DNA of 64,000 nt from Armatimonadota bacterium (GCA_038207085.1 JBBRAE010000005.1:1-64000), one strand, 5' to 3'. Shown: positions 39,307 to 50,023, counted from the first letter of the stretch. Notes: a model not told the origin generated them from the letters alone. Numbers and translations are program-made.

Positions 39307-40317
39307 ATGACTGATAAACTCTCTTGGGGAATCATCGGGACGGGGATGATCGCCGGCAAGTTCGCGGCGGGGATATTGACCTCGGAGACCGGCAGGCTCA
39401 CCGCTGTCGCAAGCAGGAACCAGGCGACGGCGGATGCCTTTGCCGACGAGTTTGGCATCGAGAAGCGTTTCGCAAGCTATGAGGCTATGCTCGCCGACCC
39501 CGGCGTTCAGGCCGTATACATATCGACGCCTCACCCGATGCACGCGGAGTGGGCGGTCAAAGCGGCTGACGCTGGGAAGCACATTCTCTGCGAGAAACCG
39601 ATCACACTCGATCTGGCAGACGCTGAACGTGTCGTCGAGGCGGCACGGGCAAACGGCGTCTTTCTGATGGAAGCCTTTATGTACCGCTGCCACGCCCAAA
39701 CGGCGAAACTGGTCGAACTGGTGCGCTCGGGGACGATTGGCGAGGTGCGGATGGTTCAGGCGACGTTTAGCTTTCAGACCGGGTGGGACCCCAAAAGCAG
39801 ACTGCTCGATAAGTCGCTTGGCGGCGGCGGGATTCTTGATGTCGGCTGCTACTGCGCGTCGATGGTGAGGCTCGTCGCGGGCGCAGCCCAGGGCAAACCC
39901 TTTGCCGAGCCGACCGAACTGAAAGCTGTGGGGCGGATCGGTGAGACGGGCGTCGATGAGTGGACTGCGGCGGTTTTGAAGTTCCCCGGAGACATTGTGG
40001 CCCAGCTTTCATGTGGGGTACAGTTGAACCAGGAGAACGTCGTGCGAGTCTACGGAAGCGAGGGGAGCATACTTGTGCCGAGCCCGTGGTTCTGCGGGAA
40101 GGACGAAACCGGAGCGAATCTCGTCGTCCGTAAAGGAAGCAATACCGAGCGGATCAGCGTGCCTGAGTCCGGCGGGCTCTACTCGATTGAGGCCGACACC
40201 GTCGCCCGCACGATCGCAAAAGGGGTGACCCAGGCCGACGCGCCGGCTATGACGTGGGACGATACGCTTGGGAATATGAGGGTGCTTGATCTTTGGAGAG
40301 CTGAGATCGGGGGTTAG
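39307..40317 (+). CDS. Gfo/Idh/MocA family oxidoreductase
   Basis: WGIIGTGMIA, STPHPMH, HILCEKP, LMEAFMYR, GGGILDVGCY. Confidence 0.95.
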   Translation: MTDKLSWGIIGTGMIAGKFAAGILTSETGRLTAVASRNQATADAFADEFGIEKRFASYEAMLADPGVQAVYISTPHPMHAEWAVKAADAGKHILCEKPITLDLADAERVVEAARANGVFLMEAFMYRCHAQTAKLVELVRSGTIGEVRMVQATFSFQTGWDPKSRLLDKSLGGGGILDVGCYCASMVRLVAGAAQGKPFAEPTELKAVGRIGETGVDEWTAAVLKFPGDIVAQLSCGVQLNQENVVRVYGSEGSILVPSPWFCGKDETGANLVVRKGSNTERISVPESGGLYSIEADTVARTIAKGVTQADAPAMTWDDTLGNMRVLDLWRAEIGG

Positions 40318-40324
40318 GACCGCG

Positions 40325-41617
40325 TTAGCGCTCGATTGAGGCTAAAAGCTCTTCAAAGTTCGGGAAAGACGTTCGGATGCACTCGGTTCCGCCGATCGTG
40401 GTCTCACCTCGGGCGGCTAGCCCGGCGATCGCGCAGGACATCGCGATGCGGTGGTCGCCGTGGGAGTGACAGACAGCGCCGGTGAGAGTCGCGCCGCCGT
40501 GGATTATCATCCCATCGGGGCGTTCTTCGATCTCTACGCCGAACTTGGAGAGCTCTGCAGCGACGGTCGCGACCCGGTCGGTCTCTTTTACCCGAAGCTC
40601 GGTGGCGTCGGCTATGGTTGTATCGCCTGAGGCGACTGCGGCGGCGGCGGCGATGATCGGGACCTCGTCGATGAGTCTTGGAATCAGGTCGCCACGGATT
40701 TCCGTGCCGTGGAGCGCGCTTGTCCGGGCGGTGATATCGGCTACGGGTTCACCGGCCTCTTCCCGAAGGTTTTCGAGGGTGATATCCGCGCCCATAGAAA
40801 CAAGCGCATCGAGAATCCCGGTGCGGGTTGGGTTCACGCCGACGTTTCGCACCGTCACTTCAGAGCCGGGGACGATCAGTGCGGCTACGATGAAGTATGC
40901 GGCAGATGAGATGTCGCCGGGGACGGTTAGGTCCTGGGCAACGAGCTTCGGGTGGCCTGTGACGGTCGCTGTGAGCCCTTCTGACCTGACGTTTGCGCCG
41001 AACCCCCGGAGCATAAGCTCGGTGTGGTTGCGGGAAAGCGCGGGCTCGGTTACGGAGGTGTCGCCGTCGGCAAAAAGCCCCGCAAGCAGGACCGCGGACT
41101 TCACCTGCGCGCTTGCAACCGGCGACTTGTAATCAAGAGGAAAAAGCTCGCCGCCGGTGATGGTGAGGGGAGCCTTCTTCCCGCCCTCGCGTCCAAAAAT
41201 CCACGCGCCCATCTCACGAAGTGGCTCGACCACGCGGGCCATCGGGCGCTTTTTGATAGACTCGTCACCGGTTATGACCGAATAAAACGGCTGGCCGGCA
41301 AGCACTCCGCAGATCAGGCGAATCCCGGTGCCTGAGTTGCCGATGTCGATGATGTCGGCGGCTTCTGAGAGCCCCTTGAGGCCGACGCCCCCAATCACAA
41401 GCTCGCCGGGTGCGGGGGAATCGATCGAGACGCCGAGGGCTCTGAACGCTCTTACGGTGTTCAGGCAGTCTTCACTTTCAAGAAAACCCCGAACGCGAGT
41501 GGTCCCTTCGGCAAGCGAGCCGAGGATCACCGAGCGGTGGCTGATCGACTTGTCGCCGGGAACGGTTATCTCGCCCTGAAGCCCGGTTGTACCGCTGACT
41601 CTAAGCTCGCCTTCCAA
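40325..41617 (-). CDS. aroA: 3-phosphoshikimate 1-carboxyvinyltransferase
   Basis: PGDKSISHR, GNSGT, ASAQVKS, ELRVKETDR, DHRIAM. Confidence 0.98.
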   Translation of the reverse strand: MEGELRVSGTTGLQGEITVPGDKSISHRSVILGSLAEGTTRVRGFLESEDCLNTVRAFRALGVSIDSPAPGELVIGGVGLKGLSEAADIIDIGNSGTGIRLICGVLAGQPFYSVITGDESIKKRPMARVVEPLREMGAWIFGREGGKKAPLTITGGELFPLDYKSPVASAQVKSAVLLAGLFADGDTSVTEPALSRNHTELMLRGFGANVRSEGLTATVTGHPKLVAQDLTVPGDISSAAYFIVAALIVPGSEVTVRNVGVNPTRTGILDALVSMGADITLENLREEAGEPVADITARTSALHGTEIRGDLIPRLIDEVPIIAAAAAVASGDTTIADATELRVKETDRVATVAAELSKFGVEIEERPDGMIIHGGATLTGAVCHSHGDHRIAMSCAIAGLAARGETTIGGTECIRTSFPNFEELLASIER

Positions 41618-41622
41618 GTCCG

Positions 41623-42531
41623 TTACTCCCCTCGCTTTTCGTTTCTTACCCAGGTCTCACGAATCTGTTTGCCGTCCGAAAATAGCTGCAATAGCGCCTG
41701 GTCGTCGCCGGACTCGATCTGAGAGCGCACTTCGGAGAGAATCTCTTCAAAGCGCTTGAGCTCGGAGGTGATCGCATCTTTGCTCGACAGGCACACGTCC
41801 CGCCAAATCTCAGGTGGGCTCAATGCGATGCGCGTCAGATCGCGGAAGCTACCGGCTGCAAGCTCGAACACTTTGCCGCTTCTCCCCTGCTCCTCCGCCG
41901 CAAGCTTGAGGATCGCCGCGGCAAGGACGTGGGGCACGTGGCTGATGATCGCCGCGCTCGCGTCGTGCTGCTCGGGGCTCATCATAACAGTCTGCGAACC
42001 GAGCCCCTCTGCGAAGTTGACGATGGTGCTAAGGGCGTTGACATCGGTATACTCGGTCGGGGTGATGACGTAGGTTGCGTCAAGGAAGAGATACGGCACA
42101 GCCGCCTCGACCCCGGACTCCTCAGACCCCGCCATCGGGTGCCCGCCGACGAAATATCGTTCGTCAGGGATCAGCGCCTCGGCTCCGCGGGTGATCATCG
42201 TCTTGGTGCTCCCGACGTCGGTCACGATCGCGCCGGGTTTCAAAAACCCCGAAATCGCCTCGATCATCGGTAGAGCGGCAAGCACCGGGGGGCAGACGAA
42301 CACGATATCGGCCTCACCGATCCCCGCAAAGAGATTGGTAGTCACCTCGTCGACGGCGGCCAACTGCTGGGCGCGGACAAGCTTCTTGCCGTCACGCCCG
42401 ACGCCTACGACCCGACGAGCAAGCCCACGAGCCTTGGCAGCCATGCCAATAGAGCCGCCTATTAGTCCGACGCCGATTATGGCGACAGTGTCGACGATGG
42501 GTTCGTTCATCAGGTTAGACGTATCTTCCAA
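41623..42531 (-). CDS. tyrA: prephenate dehydrogenase
   Basis: IGVGLIGGS, TDVGSTK, GGHPMAGSE, ISHVPH, FRDLTRIA; ATG 42510 is an alternative start. Confidence 0.95.
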   Translation of the reverse strand: MEDTSNLMNEPIVDTVAIIGVGLIGGSIGMAAKARGLARRVVGVGRDGKKLVRAQQLAAVDEVTTNLFAGIGEADIVFVCPPVLAALPMIEAISGFLKPGAIVTDVGSTKTMITRGAEALIPDERYFVGGHPMAGSEESGVEAAVPYLFLDATYVITPTEYTDVNALSTIVNFAEGLGSQTVMMSPEQHDASAAIISHVPHVLAAAILKLAAEEQGRSGKVFELAAGSFRDLTRIALSPPEIWRDVCLSSKDAITSELKRFEEILSEVRSQIESGDDQALLQLFSDGKQIRETWVRNEKRGE

Positions 42532-43537
42532 CGGCCCGCGCGCACACGTTCAGTTCGGTCATCATCTGAGCGAAGTGATCGGGGCGGAGCGACTGTGGGC
42601 CGTCCTTCAGAGCCTTTGCGGGGTTCGGGTGAACCTCGATCATCAATACGTCCGCACCTGCGACCACAGAGGCCTTGGCGACCGGGGAAACGAGGTTCCA
42701 CCTGCCCGTGCCGTGGCTTGGGTCGGCGACGATCGGAAGATGCGTCAGACCCGCAAGCGAGGGAATCGCGCTTATGTCAAAGGTGTTTCGTGTGTAGGTC
42801 TCAAAGGTGCGAATACCCCGCTCGCAGAGCAGAATTTCATAGTTGCCACGGTTGGCGATGTACTCTGCGGCCTGCAGCCACTCCTCGATCGTCGAGGACA
42901 TGCCGCGCTTGAGCATAACGGGCTTCTTGATCAGGCCGATCTCGCGCAACAGAGCGTAGTTCGCCATATTTCGCGTGCCGATCTGCAAAATGTCCGCGTA
43001 TTTGGCGACAAGGTCGATGTCGCGGGTGTCCATAACCTCGGTTATGATAGGCAGCCCGGTGATGTCGCGCGCGGTCGCCATCATCTTCAAGGCATCCTCG
43101 CCTAGACCGTGGAAGCTGTAGGGCGATGTGCTCGGCTTGAACGCGCCGCCACGGAGGATCGATGCGCCCGCGGCTTTGATCGCCTTTGCGACCTCAATCA
43201 CCTGCTCTTCGCTCTCGACCGAACATGGACCGGCCATCACGACGATCTTCTGGCCGCCGATGTCGACACCGCCGACCTTGATGATAGTCTTATCCGGGTG
43301 GAACTCGCGCCCGACGATCTTGTAGGGCTTCAGGATCGGAATGACACGCTCGATATAGTCGAACGAGCTCAGCTGCTCGGCGATTATCGCCTTGTCCTCT
43401 TCGGGCGCGCCGATGGCGCCGACAATCGTCTTCTCGACACCCTTCGATATGTGCACGCCATAGCCGCGGTCTTTTAAGTTCTGTACCAACTCTTCAAGAT
43501 CGCCATCTTTCGCCGTCGGAGTCATTATAATGATCAT
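42515..43537 (-). CDS. aroF: DAHP synthase type I-beta with N-terminal regulatory domain
   Basis: MAGPCSVES, RGGAFKP, QIGTRNM, LKRG, CERGIRTFE, DPSHG, IEVHPNP. Confidence 0.95.
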   Translation of the reverse strand: MIIIMTPTAKDGDLEELVQNLKDRGYGVHISKGVEKTIVGAIGAPEEDKAIIAEQLSSFDYIERVIPILKPYKIVGREFHPDKTIIKVGGVDIGGQKIVVMAGPCSVESEEQVIEVAKAIKAAGASILRGGAFKPSTSPYSFHGLGEDALKMMATARDITGLPIITEVMDTRDIDLVAKYADILQIGTRNMANYALLREIGLIKKPVMLKRGMSSTIEEWLQAAEYIANRGNYEILLCERGIRTFETYTRNTFDISAIPSLAGLTHLPIVADPSHGTGRWNLVSPVAKASVVAGADVLMIEVHPNPAKALKDGPQSLRPDHFAQMMTELNVCARAVGRYV

Positions 43538-43662
43538 TGCTGTATCCTGTTCTTAGTTGCCAGTGGCTAGTCGCTAGTTGTCAGCCGGATCGGGCGCGAA
43601 CTGATTGGTCGGGCTAACTTTCTTTGCGTGCGGGATATTCATCCTGCACGATCATGGTGCTC

Positions 43663-44754
43663 TCACCCCAGAACTTTCTCAAGTTCTTCGATGAATTTGA
43701 CGTTCTCCTGCTGGAGGCCGGTGCTGATCCTCGCCCAGGTCGGCGCACCGAAGACGTCGCCGGTGCGGATGATGACGCCGCGCTTCAAGAGCTCGCCGAA
43801 AACCTGCTTGCTGTCGCGCTTGAGATTGACCCACACGAAGTTCGCCTCGCTTGGAGCGTAGGGGAGGCCCATTCGGTCGAACTCCTTATAGAAATAGGCT
43901 TTGCCCTCGGAATTGAGCTTGCGGGTCCTCGCGACGTGCTCCTGATCTTCGATACCTGCGATCGCCGCGGCCTGCGCGACCAGGTTGATATTAAACGGCA
44001 GCCGCACCTGCTCTAGATAGCCGATAATCTCCGGCTTTGCGATCCCATAGCCGACACGGAGCCCCGCGAGGCCGTAGATCTTGGAGAAGGTGCGCATCAG
44101 GATGACGTTGCGGCCTTCTTTCACCCATTTCATACCGTCGGGATAGTCTTCGCGCTCGTTGTACTCGTAGTAGGCCTCGTCGAGCACAAGAATCGCCCGC
44201 TCGGGGAGCTTATTCAAAAGCTTTTCAACTTCGCTGTGAGAGACGAGCGTGCCGGTCGGGTTATTCGGGTTTGCGATAAAGACAAACTTGGTGCGCTCGT
44301 TAACCAGCTCAAGGATCTCACCGAGGTCGTGGGTGTGATCTGTGAGCGAAACCTTGCAAACCGTGCAGCCGTTCAAAACCCCCGCAGTCTCATACTGGGA
44401 GAATGTGGGGTCGCCCTGGATGATCTCATCCTCAGGCTCGATCATAGCCGTTCCAAGCTCGTGGATGATCTCATCACTCCCTGCGCCGAATGTGAGACAT
44501 TCCCCGCCGATGCCCAGATGCTTCGCCACAGCATTTCGCAGAGCAAAGCAGTTGCCATCGGGGTACATGCCGACCTTTTCCACAGCCGCTTTCATCGCCT
44601 CGACAGCCTTCGGGGACGGCCCGAGCGGGTTCTCGTTGCTTGCAAGCTTAATGATATCAGTCAGCCCAAACTCGCGCTGAACTTCTTCGATCGGCTTGCC
44701 CGGCACATACGGCCTAAGTCTGGTTACACATTCTTTGCAGATTCTCACAGCCAC
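43663..44754 (-). CDS. hisC: histidinol-phosphate aminotransferase
   Basis: YVPGKP, KLASNENP, NPNNPTG, DEAY, RTFSKIYGLAGLRVGY; GTG start after GAGGTG. Confidence 0.96.
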   Translation of the reverse strand: MAVRICKECVTRLRPYVPGKPIEEVQREFGLTDIIKLASNENPLGPSPKAVEAMKAAVEKVGMYPDGNCFALRNAVAKHLGIGGECLTFGAGSDEIIHELGTAMIEPEDEIIQGDPTFSQYETAGVLNGCTVCKVSLTDHTHDLGEILELVNERTKFVFIANPNNPTGTLVSHSEVEKLLNKLPERAILVLDEAYYEYNEREDYPDGMKWVKEGRNVILMRTFSKIYGLAGLRVGYGIAKPEIIGYLEQVRLPFNINLVAQAAAIAGIEDQEHVARTRKLNSEGKAYFYKEFDRMGLPYAPSEANFVWVNLKRDSKQVFGELLKRGVIIRTGDVFGAPTWARISTGLQQENVKFIEELEKVLG

Positions 44755-44783
44755 TTGAAAACTCACCTCTTTATATTCACTGT

Positions 44784-44924
44784 CGTGAATGGCGGTTTTT
44801 GCCATTTACGTTCCCCTTGTGGTGAAGGCCCTGGCGACAGCATTGCGATACGAAATGCGAAAGCCGGCAGCAGCACGGGTTCTGTGCCGCGAGAGTCTTT
44901 ACCACAACCCTTAAAAGTTTATCA
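44784..44924 (-). promoter_or_regulatory. structured leader element, copy C, plus extended -10 (upstream of hisC-aroF-tyrA-aroA)
   Basis: Minus strand: TG-A-TAAACT, TTGTGGTAAAG/CTTCACCACAA stem, two CTHTCGC..GCTGYCG modules, GGGAAC, GTAAATGGC/GCCATTCAC hairpin. Confidence 0.6.
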
Positions 44925-45004
44925 TAAAGCAGGCTAGGATGGGAAGGGCGAGAATGGTTGCAGATCAGATGTGAAACGAACTAAAATAGCTTCAGCAAAA
45001 TCAT

Positions 45005-45847
45005 GTGGAGCTGTTTACGATGGAATATCCTGATCTTCTGCCGGGGATGGAGCCGGTTTACCTTTGGAAAAACACTGCCGTCGGCCCGGTCGACGACACC
45101 CACACGCCATTTTTCAGCGTGCACCTGCCCGAAAATCCAACCGGCGCAGGGGTCGTTGTCTGTCCGGGAGGCGCGTATGCCTTCCTTTCGCTTGAGAAAG
45201 AAGGACTGAACGTTGCCCAGTGGCTAAACGCTCGGGGAGTCGCCGCATTCGTGCTTCACTACAGACTCGGGCCGCAGTACAACCATCCGACCCAGCTCGG
45301 CGACATCCAGCGTGCGATTCGGATGATCCGAGCCAACTCTTCGCATTACGGAGTCGACCCCGGCAAGCTCGGAGTGTGCGGGTTCTCCGCCGGAGGGCAC
45401 CTCGCGTCATCCGCTGCGACAATCTTTGACGCGGGACACCCCTCCTCGCCAGACGCTATCGAACAAGAGAGCTCAAGGCCGGACTTTGCGATCCTCGCCT
45501 ACCCCGTCATCACCCTCCTTGACCCCTACACGCACGTTGATTCAAGAAACCACCTGCTCGGGGAATCGGCCGATGACTCACTCATCAGGGAAATGTCGAC
45601 CGAGACGCGCGTAACCCCAAAGACGCCGCCGATCTTTCTTTTCCATACCGACGAAGACGGCGCAGTCCCATCGGAAAACAGCGTGCAGTTCTACCTCGCG
45701 TGCCGAAAAGCCGGAGTCCCGGCGGAGCTTCACGTATACGCGCCCGGCGGTCACGGCGTAGGGCTTGCGCAGGAAGACCCGGTGCTTGTGAGCTGGACAA
45801 ACAGGCTTGAGGCGTGGATGCAGGGAATGAACTTGCTCGGAGGCTAA
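45005..45847 (+). CDS. alpha/beta hydrolase (carbohydrate esterase-like)
   Basis: CPGGAY, GFSAGGHL, YPVIT, D..V, GGHG triad motifs. Confidence 0.9.
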   Translation: MELFTMEYPDLLPGMEPVYLWKNTAVGPVDDTHTPFFSVHLPENPTGAGVVVCPGGAYAFLSLEKEGLNVAQWLNARGVAAFVLHYRLGPQYNHPTQLGDIQRAIRMIRANSSHYGVDPGKLGVCGFSAGGHLASSAATIFDAGHPSSPDAIEQESSRPDFAILAYPVITLLDPYTHVDSRNHLLGESADDSLIREMSTETRVTPKTPPIFLFHTDEDGAVPSENSVQFYLACRKAGVPAELHVYAPGGHGVGLAQEDPVLVSWTNRLEAWMQGMNLLGG

Positions 45848-45934
45848 CCCGACGTTATTGTTATCAACAAGCTCTGCGGTGTATAATTATATGGTGAGAA
45901 GCCTGAATTGTTTTTTAAAGGACTAAGCATTCAA

Positions 45935-48298
45935 ATGATAGATAGAGCCGATTCCGTTGATTTTCAACTAAAACTGTCCGAGCCGACCGTCGCCGAGTTC
46001 GCCGATGGGGGAAGCACCACGTTTGTCCCAGCCAAATTCGTGCCGGAGCGCGCTAACTTCGACACCGTGCGCCTTGAAGGCGCTTGGCAGGTCGCCTACT
46101 GGCCGTTTGCCGTTCCTGAAGCTGAGATTGTGGGCAAAGTCGGTGGAAACGTCTCGTGGAGCGAAGTCGCGCAGCCGGGCAAGGTGTTCTACTATGACCC
46201 GAATACGTCCCCTGACAAGATCCCGGACTGGGACAGGGTCTCGCTTGCGCACATCGACCCCGAAGATGGCGCGATTATCAAGCGAAACGTTACCGTACCG
46301 GGCAACTGGGCGGGCAAAAAAGCCTTTTTGAGGTTCGAGGGGATTTACCCCGCGGGTGTCGTCTATTTTGACGGTATAAAGGTCGGCGAACAGTGGAGCG
46401 GGCTTACCCCAATCGAGTTCGATGTGACCGAGCTTGCCACGCCGGGCGTCCACACGGTCGCGATCAGACTCTACCGCAAGCACGAGTCTGTAAAGCTCGA
46501 CATGCCCCGCCACGCCCTTGAGTTCACGGGCCTCTGCCGCGCGGCGTTTCTGCACGCGGTCGAACCGGTGCATGTCTCAGAGATGAGGCTCGCGCCCGAG
46601 CTTGCCGATGACTACAAAACAGGGCACGTGACGGGTGAAGTCACCGTCAGAAACTCATCAGGCAAGAGCACCGAAGCGACTGTAGCCGTGCAGATCGTCG
46701 ACGCAAAGACCAATGTGATCGTCGAAGTGCCCTACAGCGTGTCGCTTGGAGCAGGCGAAGAGAAAACGATCGAGATCGACGTCCCGGCGGGCGAAGTGAA
46801 CACCTGGAACGCCGAGAAGCCCTACCTCTATGCCGTCCGCCTCCGAGTGATCGCGCCGGGCCAGGAGTCGCAGTGCCTGAAAGAGACGATCGGCTTTAGA
46901 AAGTTTGAGATGAAGGATCAGCGCCCGCTTCTTAACGGCAACCCCGTCAAGTTCCGTGGTGTCAACCACCTCACCTTCCACCCCGAGGGCGGGATGTACA
47001 CCCCCGAGCCGTGGCTTAGGCAGTGCCTGACGATGATGAAGCGCGCGAACGTAAACGCGATCCGCACGCACTTCTTCGGCCCGCGTGAGCTCACGGACCT
47101 CTGCGACGAGCTTGGAATCTACCTGTTGCAGGAGCTTCCTATTGACTGGGGCCACCCGTATTTCCATGAGTCGGTCCACCTCGGGCCCGTGCTTCACAGG
47201 ATGGAAGCCTGCGTCCGCCGCGATAGAAACCACCCCTGTGTTATGGTGTGGAGCATCGGCAACGAGAACCTGCCGAAGACCGAGGAGATCCACGACGTTT
47301 TCTTCCAGCACCTCGCACTTGCAAACGAGATCGTGAAGAAGCTGGACCCGACTCGCCCTACGATGTTCCCACCTCCCGGGCCAGCAAACAAGATCATGGG
47401 CATCTTCGAGACGCGCATCGGCGATATCGCGGACATCCATTACAGCTTCAAGCTGATCCGAGAGTTCAACGAGACCAACGTGCTCAGCAACCCGCGCACC
47501 TGGGAGCCGACTTTTGAGACGCACACCCGCGAGGAGCTTCACAAACGAGGCTGGAGCGGCGTCTGGTTCTCAAGTGAGTATGGCATCGCCAACAAGCAGC
47601 CCGACCTTAACGGCGCGGCCTACCTGAACCTGATCGCCGACCTCGACTTTGACCCGCTCTCAGGCAAGAACGCCCAGCAGACGTTTGTGGAGCGAATGCA
47701 CTCCGAGTGGGGCCTGATGCACGACGACCCAACATGCCTTGGCGGCGCATATTTCTGCTGGATCGCGGCAGGCGCGGGCGACCAGTGGGGATGGGTCCGC
47801 TGGGGAGAGGACGCTGACTGGGGAATCCTCACCGGCGACCTGATGCCCAAACCCTCGTTCTGGGCGCTGCGAGAGCTGTTCTGCCCCGTGCGCTTCCCCG
47901 ACCATGTCGTCTGGCAGCCGGGAAGCAAGGAAGTGAAGATTTCGATCCGAAACGATTACAACGGGCTCGACTTCTCAGATCTCACGTTCCGGCTGATGAG
48001 AACGGCCCCGGCATGGGGAAGCATGTGCCGCATCTTTGAGGACATCCCTGTCTCCTGCCCGCCCGGTGAGACAGTAACCGTGACGCTCCCGATGGAGAAC
48101 ACCGCTGGCCTCGACGAAGGTGCCACGTCGATCTGTCGGTTTATAGTCCTTGAGCCTAGCGGCTTCCGAACGATCATGGCCGACGTTTTGGTGATCTCTG
48201 AAGAAAACGTCGACAAGCGCAAGTCGGGAACGAACGGCCACAACGCCGCCCGCCCGAATATCCCAATGCCCCTTGGCCCGGACGCGGTGCTGGACTAG
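45935..48298 (+). CDS. glycoside hydrolase family 2 (beta-galactosidase-like)
   Basis: LRFEGI, WNAEKPYLY, GFRKF, LNG...FRGVN, NAIRTH, NHP.VMVWSIGNE, SEYG. Confidence 0.9.
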   Translation: MIDRADSVDFQLKLSEPTVAEFADGGSTTFVPAKFVPERANFDTVRLEGAWQVAYWPFAVPEAEIVGKVGGNVSWSEVAQPGKVFYYDPNTSPDKIPDWDRVSLAHIDPEDGAIIKRNVTVPGNWAGKKAFLRFEGIYPAGVVYFDGIKVGEQWSGLTPIEFDVTELATPGVHTVAIRLYRKHESVKLDMPRHALEFTGLCRAAFLHAVEPVHVSEMRLAPELADDYKTGHVTGEVTVRNSSGKSTEATVAVQIVDAKTNVIVEVPYSVSLGAGEEKTIEIDVPAGEVNTWNAEKPYLYAVRLRVIAPGQESQCLKETIGFRKFEMKDQRPLLNGNPVKFRGVNHLTFHPEGGMYTPEPWLRQCLTMMKRANVNAIRTHFFGPRELTDLCDELGIYLLQELPIDWGHPYFHESVHLGPVLHRMEACVRRDRNHPCVMVWSIGNENLPKTEEIHDVFFQHLALANEIVKKLDPTRPTMFPPPGPANKIMGIFETRIGDIADIHYSFKLIREFNETNVLSNPRTWEPTFETHTREELHKRGWSGVWFSSEYGIANKQPDLNGAAYLNLIADLDFDPLSGKNAQQTFVERMHSEWGLMHDDPTCLGGAYFCWIAAGAGDQWGWVRWGEDADWGILTGDLMPKPSFWALRELFCPVRFPDHVVWQPGSKEVKISIRNDYNGLDFSDLTFRLMRTAPAWGSMCRIFEDIPVSCPPGETVTVTLPMENTAGLDEGATSICRFIVLEPSGFRTIMADVLVISEENVDKRKSGTNGHNAARPNIPMPLGPDAVLD

Positions 48299-48332
48299 CC
48301 CGCTTTGTTCGTGAAGCGAATAATGCTTTGCT
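48296..48332. repeat. partial TTAG/CTAG-bounded repeat starting at the GH2 stop codon
   Basis: TAGCCCGCTTTGTTCGTGAAGCGAATAATGC resembles 103-182 and 62091-62170. Confidence 0.75.
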
Positions 48333-48461
48333 GGTTTTCTATATATACAGCCGGGGCGGCGTGCCCCGGCTGTATTGACTTCAGCGCCGCATTAGGTTAC
48401 ATTGGAGTAGCTGCGTAATACAAGCCCTGCAGTAGAGAAAGCCAAGGAAGGTGACCTCGCA

Positions 48462-49946
48462 ATGCGACTAAAGCACATCGCCGTCTATGGACTCGTCCTC
48501 ATCGCCATAGCCTCTGTAACGGCTGGAGCCTATGCGTTCCCCGCGCGTCGTTACTACATCAGCACAGTATACTCCTGGTGGCCGACTTACTCCGACATGT
48601 CGCTTTTCGACAAGTTCATCGAGGAAAGCAAACAGAAGGGGATGAACTCGATCAGCATCGACGTTCCCTGGTCCATCGAGAACGACCTAGGAGGCTTTGA
48701 TTTTGCCGCGACCGACCAGAGAGTCGATTTCGCCGTGTCACGGGGGCTCTCGGTCTTCCTGAGGCTAAATTGCACCACAATGGGCGGCAGGCCCAAGTGG
48801 CTCTCTGACGATATGCTCCAGGCGACGCCCGACGGCAAGGTGTTCAAGCGGGACACCGACGGCGCGATGATCCCATCGCTCAGTCACCCAAGTGTCCGCG
48901 CCCACATCGCAGGGTTCGCGCGTGCGGCTTCACTTCACTACGGCGCAAGATACCCATGGACGGTCTCCGGTGAGTATCCGGTGGTCGCGATCTCCCCCGC
49001 GCTCGACCTATACATGGAGAGCGAATACTACCCTGACGCTGATCTCGACTACAGCAAAGCCGCCGAGGCAAGCTTCGCCTCCTGGGTCAAGCGTCAGTAT
49101 AAGTCGCTAGATGCGCTAAACGCCAGATGGGGCAAAAACTGCAAGTCATGGTCGCAGGCGACACTAAAGGACGCCCACCCGACCGCCAGATATATGTTTT
49201 TCGAGTCCGAGCTTTCCCGTGCCTGCCGCGAGTTTGCAGGGGCAGTGCACACGGCAAGCGCAATCAGGGTCGGAATCCATTCCGGCTGCGCCTTTGACAG
49301 CCCCCGCAGGCGCACGATGAACGTTTCGGCGATGCTCTCCGGAGTCGACTGGCTCTTCATATCCGACGCGCCGACCGTGAACCACGCGTTTGCCGTCGAC
49401 TACGCCCGCACTTCGGCCCCGATGCTGAAAGTCGCAAGCGGCATAGACTCACCAAGCCACGCCGAAGGGACCAACGGCCGCTACTTCAACCAGGGTGTGC
49501 GGGCGTTCGAACACGGCGCATGCGCGGTCGTGCTTGCCAACTGGGACCTTTCCAACATGCGCGACAACGCCCGCTGGCCGTTCCTGCACTTTGTAGGCAA
49601 GCTCACCCGTTCCTACCCCACAGCCACAAGGCCCGAGAGCGCGATGTATGTCTCGACCTGGGACCTGATCACCCGTCCCAATGCGATCGACGAGTATATC
49701 CCGACCTACCAGGCGCTTTCAGGGGAAGGCAAGCACGCGGTCGACGTCCTTTCCGACGCCGCCATCGTCTCCGACCCGGCAAGACTCGCACGCTACTCGG
49801 AGATCCATCTACCTGCCAATCGCACGATCCCGCCGGCGGTCCGACAGGCGCTTGTTAGAGTCCGAGATAAACTAAAAATATCCAGGCCGCTCGTCGCAGG
49901 CACGATGGACGAATACGGGCAGCTGACGGATCGGTTCAAGCCGTAG
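48462..49946 (+). CDS. secreted GH42-like glycoside hydrolase
   Basis: Signal peptide; GMNSISIDVPW..E...G.FDF; F..WVKRQYKSLDALNARWG. Confidence 0.7.
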   Translation: MRLKHIAVYGLVLIAIASVTAGAYAFPARRYYISTVYSWWPTYSDMSLFDKFIEESKQKGMNSISIDVPWSIENDLGGFDFAATDQRVDFAVSRGLSVFLRLNCTTMGGRPKWLSDDMLQATPDGKVFKRDTDGAMIPSLSHPSVRAHIAGFARAASLHYGARYPWTVSGEYPVVAISPALDLYMESEYYPDADLDYSKAAEASFASWVKRQYKSLDALNARWGKNCKSWSQATLKDAHPTARYMFFESELSRACREFAGAVHTASAIRVGIHSGCAFDSPRRRTMNVSAMLSGVDWLFISDAPTVNHAFAVDYARTSAPMLKVASGIDSPSHAEGTNGRYFNQGVRAFEHGACAVVLANWDLSNMRDNARWPFLHFVGKLTRSYPTATRPESAMYVSTWDLITRPNAIDEYIPTYQALSGEGKHAVDVLSDAAIVSDPARLARYSEIHLPANRTIPPAVRQALVRVRDKLKISRPLVAGTMDEYGQLTDRFKP

Positions 49947-49948
49947 GG

Positions 49949-49980
49949 GTAGTTGCTAGTCGTCAGTTGCTAGTTGCTAG
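49949..49980. repeat. short tandem heptamer repeats (TAGTTGC-like)
   Basis: GTAGTTGCTAGTCGTCAGTTGCTAGTTGCTAG; similar run at 43554-43584. Confidence 0.65.
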
Positions 49981-50023
49981 TTTGGGACTGGCAAGATTTG
50001 AGAGATTGTGCCGCACCTATCGT

